Source: an uncultured Verrucomicrobiae bacterium
GTDB taxonomy: Bacteria; Chlamydiota; Chlamydiia; Chlamydiales; Rhabdochlamydiaceae
DNA length: 64,000 nt
Direction of reading: 5' to 3'
Assembly: GCA_963806855.1 (NCBI GenBank)
Contig: CAWDYW010000001.1
Span: 192,001 to 256,000, forward strand
Position 1 is the stretch's first letter. Every line of letters begins with the position of its first letter. The position numbers and the translations under genes are program-made. Positions 57,238-64,000 of this stretch are shown here, one piece after another. A model generated the notes under the pieces. The model had not been told where the DNA came from and did no database searches. It worked only from the letters and a program-made list of their open reading frames with translations.

Positions 57238-58028
57238 AAAAATGGATTTTATTTTTGATGCTGATCTGCGTTTTCGGATGCAGTAAAAAAGAGGATAAGA
57301 ATACGCTGAAAATCGCTGCGACAGCGGTGCCTCACGCGGAAATGCTCAATTTCATTAAGCCCGATCTCGAGCAGCAAGGGATCAAGCTCAAGATCAGCGT
57401 CGTCGATGATTACAATATCCCCAATCGTCTCCTTTCAGAAAAAGAGGTCGACGCCAATTTCTTCCAGCATGTGCCCTTCATGGAAAATCAGATTAAAAAT
57501 TTTGGATATAAAATCCAGTGCTTTGCTCGTATCCACCTCGAGCCGATGGCCCTCTACTCGCGCAAATACAAATCCTTAGAGGAATTGCCAGATGGGGCGA
57601 TCATTTCGGTCCCCAACGATCCGACCAATGAATACCGAGCCCTCTCCATTTTGGTCAGTAAAGGGCTGATTACTCTTCGCCCAGGGGCAAATCTCAATTC
57701 CACTGTGGCAGACATTCAGAGCAATCCGAAGAAATTGAAATTTCGAGAGATTGACGCAGCTCTTATTCCACGCACCTTAAGCGATGTCGATGTTGCCGCG
57801 ATCAACACCAACTGGGCATTGCAAGCAGGGTTGAACCCAACGAAAGATGCGCTGGCAATCGAGAGCGAGGATTCCCCCTATGCCAACATCGTCGCCATCC
57901 GTACGGGAGAGGGCAGTGATCCCCGCCTAGAGGCATTGAAAAAGGCGATGCTCTCAGACAAAATGAGAGCATTCATCCTCGAGAAATACAAAGGGACGAT
58001 CATTCCTATTTTGAAGGAGTGCCATTGA
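57234..58028 (+). CDS. metQ: methionine ABC transporter lipoprotein
   Basis: VFGC lipobox, PHAEML, DANFFQH, PNDPTN, SPYAN. Confidence 0.94.
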   Translation: MKKWILFLMLICVFGCSKKEDKNTLKIAATAVPHAEMLNFIKPDLEQQGIKLKISVVDDYNIPNRLLSEKEVDANFFQHVPFMENQIKNFGYKIQCFARIHLEPMALYSRKYKSLEELPDGAIISVPNDPTNEYRALSILVSKGLITLRPGANLNSTVADIQSNPKKLKFREIDAALIPRTLSDVDVAAINTNWALQAGLNPTKDALAIESEDSPYANIVAIRTGEGSDPRLEALKKAMLSDKMRAFILEKYKGTIIPILKECH

Positions 58029-58401
58029 GAATTTCTACTTTGCGAGTTTCTGCTAACGAGATTTGATTAACGCAATGGTCCTTCAGCACAATGAGCGATT
58101 GGAGCGTATTGCTCAAGAAGCAAATAGGTGCGCATCCGGCGATGATCAACATGGTGCCGATTTCAGCAAGACCCCACATCCCCGAGGGTGCAACAATCGA
58201 AAAGACTCCAGCGCCGACGAAGAATAGACTTGTTGACGAAATGACGATTAAGGCAACCGCCAGCGCTTTCACAACGGTGATCATCAGTTGGCTGTCTGCT
58301 ACAATGTCATCGCAAATCGACGCTTTATCGACTCTTGCGAGATCGTACTCTGGCATAGCCTCTATTGTTCCTGCCTTACGGTATTCTGCAATCTGTGACA
58401 T
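58006..58401 (-). CDS. Inc-like bilobed membrane protein
   Basis: AGGAG RBS; bilobed hydrophobic region. Confidence 0.65.
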   Translation of the reverse strand: MSQIAEYRKAGTIEAMPEYDLARVDKASICDDIVADSQLMITVVKALAVALIVISSTSLFFVGAGVFSIVAPSGMWGLAEIGTMLIIAGCAPICFLSNTLQSLIVLKDHCVNQISLAETRKVEILNGTPSK

Positions 58402-58483
58402 CTTGTTCTCCTGATCAAGTTTTCAAAAAAGTTTATAGCTTTTCCGATTTTAAGAAAACTGTTGCTGAAAAATCGGTGGAAAT

Positions 58484-58496
58484 TGAACAATGTTCA
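58484..58496. promoter_or_regulatory. putative TetR operator
   Basis: TGAACA-A-TGTTCA immediately before the TetR ATG; repeated at 59105. Confidence 0.7.
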
Positions 58497-58499
58497 CTT

Positions 58500-59087
58500 A
58501 TGACAAAAGAGAAGCTGAAAACAAAGGTGTTCAACTCGGCGTGGAAGATCGTCGAAGAGGAAGGGATGACCAGACTCAATGTACGCACTATTGCCAAACT
58601 GAGCGAGTGCTCTTTGGGCTCGATCTACAACTGCTTTGAGAACTTCGAGTCGCTCCAGCTACACATCAACGCGGCGGTCCTCATGGATCTTTTCTCCACA
58701 TTGCGGCAAGTGATCGACAGAGGGATTAAGCAGAAGAAAAAATTGCCGGAAATTTTCCGCGAGCTGGGAATTGCCTACATCGAATTTGCCAATCAAAAGA
58801 AATTTCTCTGGAAGGCTCTATTTGAACATTTCCCTGTTGAACCGCTTCCAGAGTGGTATCGGAAGCAGGCCCAAGAGGGGATCTACCAGATTGCCGCTCA
58901 GCTAGCGAAGCATTTTAAAATCCCCGAAAGCGAGATGAAGTCGAAAGTGGGCTTCTTCTGGGCTTCTATTCACGGGATGGGGGCCATTCTCCTCAATCGG
59001 AAAATGGAGATGGTCTCAGATCTATTCAAGGAGAGCAACCTCGACACCTATATCGACTATTGCCTGGAAGGCCTATTTCCTAAGTAA
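58500..59087 (+). CDS. TetR/AcrR family regulator (WHG-like C-terminus)
   Basis: EEG...LNVRTIAK...CSLGSIYNCF HTH; WASIHG. Confidence 0.9.
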   Translation: MTKEKLKTKVFNSAWKIVEEEGMTRLNVRTIAKLSECSLGSIYNCFENFESLQLHINAAVLMDLFSTLRQVIDRGIKQKKKLPEIFRELGIAYIEFANQKKFLWKALFEHFPVEPLPEWYRKQAQEGIYQIAAQLAKHFKIPESEMKSKVGFFWASIHGMGAILLNRKMEMVSDLFKESNLDTYIDYCLEGLFPK

Positions 59088-59100
59088 ATTTTTTTAAACA

Positions 59101-59121
59101 AAAATGAACATTGTTCATTTT
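59101..59121. promoter_or_regulatory. putative TetR operator
   Basis: AAAATGAACA-T-TGTTCATTTT perfect palindrome upstream of 59143. Confidence 0.72.
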
Positions 59122-59142
59122 TTAACTAATAAGGAGACCAAC

Positions 59143-59643
59143 ATGAAAAAGATCATCGCGTTCATCACTCTAACCACAGCTGCGTTTGCAGGAGAAGTCG
59201 CCTACGAACCGACGCTCCACTATTCCTACAATTATGGCTCGGTCGGGCTTGGCCCCCTGCCGATACCTGCCCCCACATTTGGACTTGGGCGGCGCATCAT
59301 GACAGGCGATCGATTCGCTGTCGATGTTGGCGCCGAAGTGGCGACTCTAGTCCGTATCAATGCGGTGAAAGGCTATGTCAATGGGCTCATGTACATCAAT
59401 CAAAAGCCCAGATCGCAGTACTACATGGGTCTGGGAGGATCTGTCGGCGGCATCTTTGGCCCCAGCAAGTTTTGCCTTGAAGGTTATGCCGCGCCGAACT
59501 TGATTTTTGGAAAGGAGTTTTGCACCTGCAAAGGATCAAAACAATTCTTTCAGGTCGAGGTGAAATATCCGATCTATCTGATGAAAGAGGCCACCTTCAT
59601 CAACTGGGGCCTCATTAATCTCAAATATGGATTTGCTTTTTAA
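59143..59643 (+). CDS. putative small outer-membrane beta-barrel protein
   Basis: AAGGAG RBS, signal peptide, alternating amphipathic strands, terminal KYGFAF. Confidence 0.7.
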   Translation: MKKIIAFITLTTAAFAGEVAYEPTLHYSYNYGSVGLGPLPIPAPTFGLGRRIMTGDRFAVDVGAEVATLVRINAVKGYVNGLMYINQKPRSQYYMGLGGSVGGIFGPSKFCLEGYAAPNLIFGKEFCTCKGSKQFFQVEVKYPIYLMKEATFINWGLINLKYGFAF

Positions 59644-60095
59644 GCATTAGCCAAATAAGGGAGGCGAGCGTTTACCGCGTCTTTTTGAGCGTAAAGATGT
59701 TGGGCGTGGTTCCAGTGGAGCTTGCCCTGATCGATAAACTGGGTAGCATATTTCTTAAAGATGACGTAGCCGAACAGTGAGCCGACTGTTAATCCGGCGA
59801 GGGTGGTGGCGAGTGCGTAGAGGGGTGGGACGACGGCAAGTGGGAAGGTGAAAATGCCGACCACAAAGGCCGCGACTTTAAAGGCAACGATTGCTGCTGT
59901 GGCGACAAGCAGTGTCACAGCTCCAGCGATCAGATAGTGGGCGATCGATTTGAGGACTTCTATACGGGCATCGTAGCTAACTTGAGCGATCGCTTCTTTG
60001 GCGACTTGCTGATCTGTAACCTGATCTAAGTTAACAGAATAGAATTGGGTCTGTGGATCAACTGTATATAAATTATTTCTAATTTCACCTGACAT
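59640..60095 (-). CDS. Inc-like bilobed membrane protein
   Basis: AAGGAG RBS; bilobed hydrophobic region; shares LYT and HW..A.HL..Q with 39330-39890. Confidence 0.7.
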   Translation of the reverse strand: MSGEIRNNLYTVDPQTQFYSVNLDQVTDQQVAKEAIAQVSYDARIEVLKSIAHYLIAGAVTLLVATAAIVAFKVAAFVVGIFTFPLAVVPPLYALATTLAGLTVGSLFGYVIFKKYATQFIDQGKLHWNHAQHLYAQKDAVNARLPYLANA

Positions 60096-60164
60096 TATTA
60101 TAACTCCTTTTATTAATGTATATTATAATAGGTTATTGCGTAATTAGCAATTACAAAGACTTTT

Positions 60165-61391
60165 TTACCAAAGAGAGCTTTGTTTGAGGATGTCAATAAT
60201 TTTTTGAGGATCTTCGATCTCGCGATTGACGGCGATCCGCATCCCCTCTTCGAGGAGGTCGCCCATTTTTTCCCCGGGGGGGATGCCGATGGCGATGAGA
60301 TGTTCGGCGCGTAGATAGGGATTTTTTGAACGGATCCGTTCGATAGGTTTGGCGAGGGCTTGTTGGCGCAGCTCTTGCTCCTTCGTAAAGGCGGCAGGAT
60401 TGCTCTGTTTGACGGCCAGCATGGAGAGGCCGATCTCACTATAGGGGTCGGCGTAGAACTCTGCCCATTCGATTTTCTCCAGCTTTTCGAGCCACTCTTT
60501 TGGCATGTTATAGAGGGCTTGGGCATGGTGGTAGAATTTGGCGAAGGCGGTCTCTTTGTTGGAGAGTTTGAGGTAGCCTGCGAGCTCAAATATTTGGACG
60601 AGGTCGTAGGTTGGGAAGAGCTCTAGAAGTTCGGCGAAGGTGGGGGAGCCTTTGGGAAATTTTTCGATGTACTGGACGCGTCGTTTGATTTCATGGAGAG
60701 AAATGTCCTTTAGAGCGGGGAAAATCACCGGGAGTAGGCCGAGGTCATGCAGCATGATGAGGCCGGTATCGAAGTGGGCGAATTGGGACATCTTTTTGAA
60801 CTCTTGCCAGACTCGCTCCATGGCGACGGCGGGGAGGAGGTCGTTTGCGTGGGCGCGGATGGCGTTTAAGGTGCTTTGGTCGATGGGGAAGTTAAAGCGG
60901 GTCGAGTAGCGGACGGCGCGCATCATTCGGAGACGATCTTCGAAGAACCGCTCGTGGGGGTTGCCGATCGCGCGGATTTCTTTTCTTTGGATGTCTTTTG
61001 CTCCGCCAATGAAGTCGTATAGCTTTTCGGCTATTGGATCGTAGAACATGCCGTTGATGGTGAAATCGCGCCGATTCGCATCTTCTTCGGGAGTCGCTGG
61101 ATCGACGCCGGTGGGACGTCTGCCGTCGACGTAGCCTCGATCTTTGCGGAAGGTGGCCACTTCAAATTGATCGCCATTGTGCAGGACGATCACGATGCCA
61201 AAGGCGACGCCAACGGGGATGGTTTTAGGGAAGAGGCGCTGGACTTCGGTGACCGATGCATCGGTGGCGATATCGATGTCATCGGAAGGGTGTTTCATCA
61301 GGAAATCGCGAACCCAGCCGCCGGCAATGTAGGCGATGTAGCCGGCCTCTTGCAGCTGTTTGACGACATATGTGGCGGATTTTAGTGTCAT
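60165..61391 (-). CDS. CCA-adding tRNA nucleotidyltransferase / poly(A) polymerase family
   Basis: GGWVRD, DIDIAT, EVATFR, RRDFTING, EDRLRMMR. Confidence 0.92.
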   Translation of the reverse strand: MTLKSATYVVKQLQEAGYIAYIAGGWVRDFLMKHPSDDIDIATDASVTEVQRLFPKTIPVGVAFGIVIVLHNGDQFEVATFRKDRGYVDGRRPTGVDPATPEEDANRRDFTINGMFYDPIAEKLYDFIGGAKDIQRKEIRAIGNPHERFFEDRLRMMRAVRYSTRFNFPIDQSTLNAIRAHANDLLPAVAMERVWQEFKKMSQFAHFDTGLIMLHDLGLLPVIFPALKDISLHEIKRRVQYIEKFPKGSPTFAELLELFPTYDLVQIFELAGYLKLSNKETAFAKFYHHAQALYNMPKEWLEKLEKIEWAEFYADPYSEIGLSMLAVKQSNPAAFTKEQELRQQALAKPIERIRSKNPYLRAEHLIAIGIPPGEKMGDLLEEGMRIAVNREIEDPQKIIDILKQSSLW

Positions 61392-61445
61392 AAGTTCATA
61401 TTAGCTGTTTGGCGGAAAATCTGCCACTCGAGTAATCTGAATGTT

Positions 61446-63128
61446 ATGTCATGCACGATTCATCTTTTATCTGACGAGACGATTAACCAAATTGCCGCCG
61501 GCGAGGTCATTGAAAATCCTGCTTCGGTGATCAAGGAATTAATCGAAAATAGTCTCGATGCTGGGGCGACGAAGATTGCTGTCGACATCGCGGGCGGCGG
61601 GCTCAAGTTGATTCGGGTGAGCGATGATGGGAAGGGGATGAACCGCGAAGATGCTCACTTGAGCATTGTTCGGCATGCCACTTCGAAGATCATCCATGCA
61701 CACGATCTTTTTCACATTGCAACGATGGGATTTAGGGGGGAAGCGCTCGCTTCGGTGGCTTCGATTTCGAAAATGACGTTGGTGACGGCTCAGGAAGGAC
61801 GGGTCGGGACGGAGCTCGAGATTGAAAAGGGGCAGGTGATCAAGGAGTCTTCCCTAGCGCGAAATCGGGGGACGACGATCGAGGTGCGGTCGCTATTTTA
61901 CAATGTGCCAGCACGGAAAAAATTTCAGAAGTCGTCTGCCGCCATTTCTGCTGAGATTTTTCGGGTGATGACGGTGATGAGCTTGGGCCATCCCGATGTG
62001 CAGTTTGAACTCACTTCCAATGGGCGTAAGGTGCTGAAGACTCTGGCGCAGGGAGTGAAAGAGCGGGCGAAGGAGCTGCTTGGCGAGGAATTTGTCGCGG
62101 GGAGCCATTTGCTTAAATTTCAAGAGGGGCCTCTCTCTTTCTCTGGACTCATCGGCGCGCCGACTAATACGCGCGCGAATAAGATGGGGCAATACTTGTA
62201 TTTGAATAGGAGGGCGGTTGTCTGCTGCCAAATTAGCGAGGCGGTGCGGGAGGGCTATGGGACGAGGATCGATGAGCGGCGCCATCCCATCTTTTTACTC
62301 AATCTCGATGTCCCCTGCGATCTAGTCGATGTCAATGTCCATCCGCAAAAACTGAGTGTCAGGCTCAGAAAGGAAGAATTGTTTCGAAATAAAGTGAGTG
62401 AGGCGATCACGTTGGCGCTGTCTAAGACAGCTGCTCCTCGGCCGCTCCCTTCGTTTCAGCCGATCGAGATCCGCTATGAGGCGCCCCTTTTTCGGGAAGA
62501 GCCGCCGGAGATGGAGCAGGGGCTTTTGCTCGAGGAGAAATCCTTTGTTGAAGTGCTGGGAAAAGTGGGGCGATTTATCTGTTTGCGCGAAGGGGAAAAA
62601 TGGGTTTTTCTCGACTATGAAGCCGCTCGCTTTCGGGTGATCTTTGAGAACTTGGTCCAGAAGGAGGAGGCAAAGGTTGAAAAACAGCTTCTGCTGGTCC
62701 CGTTTACGATCGATTTGACATCGGTCGAAGCGACGATGGTGCTCACCCATCTCGACGCAATTGAAAAGCTCGGATTTGAATTGCGCTCGATTGGGAAAAG
62801 CTCCTTTATGGTCGAGGCGCTCCCTCCGTTTGTCGATGAGAAGGATGTGAAGCAGGTGATTGCCGAAATGGCTCTTCACTTGCAAGAATTCATCGGGAAA
62901 CATCATTATGCAGAGGAAAGGCAGAAAAAGTTAGCAGAGTGCGCAGCCCGTTTTGCCAGGCGAAAGGCGCATGTTTCAGATGAAGAGGCGAGGCAGCTCT
63001 ATGAGCGGCTGCAGGCATGTGCAAGCCCTCTTCATTGTCCAAAAGGCAATTCAACAATGGTGCAATTAGATCATGACGCAATTGAATATCTTTTTAGAAC
63101 GGATCAAAAAATTACAAAAAGCCATTAA
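61446..63128 (+). CDS. mutL: DNA mismatch repair protein MutL
   Basis: IAAGEVIENP, KELIENSLDAG, GFRGEALAS, DVNVHP, HCPKG. Confidence 0.95.
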   Translation: MSCTIHLLSDETINQIAAGEVIENPASVIKELIENSLDAGATKIAVDIAGGGLKLIRVSDDGKGMNREDAHLSIVRHATSKIIHAHDLFHIATMGFRGEALASVASISKMTLVTAQEGRVGTELEIEKGQVIKESSLARNRGTTIEVRSLFYNVPARKKFQKSSAAISAEIFRVMTVMSLGHPDVQFELTSNGRKVLKTLAQGVKERAKELLGEEFVAGSHLLKFQEGPLSFSGLIGAPTNTRANKMGQYLYLNRRAVVCCQISEAVREGYGTRIDERRHPIFLLNLDVPCDLVDVNVHPQKLSVRLRKEELFRNKVSEAITLALSKTAAPRPLPSFQPIEIRYEAPLFREEPPEMEQGLLLEEKSFVEVLGKVGRFICLREGEKWVFLDYEAARFRVIFENLVQKEEAKVEKQLLLVPFTIDLTSVEATMVLTHLDAIEKLGFELRSIGKSSFMVEALPPFVDEKDVKQVIAEMALHLQEFIGKHHYAEERQKKLAECAARFARRKAHVSDEEARQLYERLQACASPLHCPKGNSTMVQLDHDAIEYLFRTDQKITKSH

Positions 63129-64000
63129 AGCTGAAGGGCTAGATGGATGTCTTGTCGATCAATCGGTCGACTTGCTCTATTTAACCGGACTGCAGCTGTC
63201 TCTTGGCGCTCTCTTTGTGCTGCAGCGCAAATGCGCGCTCTTTGTCGACGGAAGATATTTCGAAGTGGCAAGCAAGATGAGTCCTGTCCCAGTTGAAAAA
63301 TTGAGCGACGAGAATAAACTCTCCTTTTTGAAAGGGGTAAAGACTCTTGCGTTTGATGGGGATCATGTCTCCTACAACCAGTTTCTGAAGTTGAAGAATT
63401 TGAAGGTGAAATTAAGTTCCAAGCCAGAATTGCTCCGCGACCTGCGACTCATCAAGGATGTCGGAGAAATCGGCAAAATGAAGAAAAGCGCCGAATTTGG
63501 TTACATGGCCTATCTGATGCTCAAGGGGCTGCTCAAGCCGGGCGTCACCGAAATTGAACTGGCAAGAGAATTGGAAATCTATTGTCTCAAGAATGGGGCA
63601 GAGAAGATGTCGTTTGAGCCCATTATCGCGTTTGGAAAAAATAGCTCGCTGCCCCACCACCGGTCTGGCAACACCAAATTGAAAGCAAATGACATCGCTC
63701 TGTTTGATTTGGGCGTAGTGGTCGACAAGTACTGTTCCGATATGACCCGTGTCGTATTTGTCGGGAAGCCCGATCCGCAGTTAAAGCGGCTTTACGATAT
63801 CAATTTTGAGGCTCAAAGAGCTGCTTTGGCTGTCTGCAAGCCTGGAGTCAAATTGAAAGAGCTCGACCTGGCTGCACGAAAAGTGATGGCCAAAGCGGGT
63901 GTCGAGGAATACTTTGTTCACAATCTTGGCCATGGTATCGGGCTGCAGGTGCACGAATTTCCCCGCATCAACAAAGATGGGATCAACAAGGATGTCGTGC
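63073..64000 (+). CDS. Xaa-Pro aminopeptidase (M24), partial at window end
   Basis: LLYLTG, FVDGRY, LRLIKD, SFEPII, PHH, DLG...YCSDMTR, HNLGHGIGLQVHE. Confidence 0.9.
   Translation, partial: MTQLNIFLERIKKLQKAIKAEGLDGCLVDQSVDLLYLTGLQLSLGALFVLQRKCALFVDGRYFEVASKMSPVPVEKLSDENKLSFLKGVKTLAFDGDHVSYNQFLKLKNLKVKLSSKPELLRDLRLIKDVGEIGKMKKSAEFGYMAYLMLKGLLKPGVTEIELARELEIYCLKNGAEKMSFEPIIAFGKNSSLPHHRSGNTKLKANDIALFDLGVVVDKYCSDMTRVVFVGKPDPQLKRLYDINFEAQRAALAVCKPGVKLKELDLAARKVMAKAGVEEYFVHNLGHGIGLQVHEFPRINKDGINKDVV

Noticed and set aside
1..64000. tRNA or rRNA genes
   Set aside because: No tRNA cloverleaf with T-loop/D-loop consensus and no rRNA signature was noticed by eye; tRNAscan-SE and Rfam were not run

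Overview
This window looks like the chromosome of an environmental Chlamydiae-like bacterium. That is inferred from the chlamydial-type T2SS gene order, Inc-like bilobed membrane proteins, a RING-finger protein and a Bacillus-type sdhCAB; it is not a database result. The core genes are a type II secretion operon (gspC-like, gspD, E, F and two pseudopilins), coaD, rsmD, a DEAD-box helicase, murI, the tol-pal operon, namZ, tatD, sdhCAB, a lipoate ligase, mnmG, metNIQ, a CCA-adding enzyme, mutL and a partial Xaa-Pro peptidase. Many single-base indels break essential genes and most likely are sequencing errors. The most unusual signals are non-coding. (1) A ~0.8-kb nested-palindrome element occurs twice (11405-12203 and ~23079-23899). 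It folds into a four-armed cruciform, its 309-bp inner module is flipped between the two copies, and one side arm is swapped for an unrelated hairpin. (2) A family of ~165-bp palindromes shares ends, centre and GNA-triloop motifs. (3) A tandem array of putative effector cassettes follows sdhB, each ending in a copy of the sdhB 3' end. One cassette encodes a Tgl-like transglutaminase-fold protein, and an intact IS609-like IS200/IS605 element (tnpA + tnpB) follows the array.
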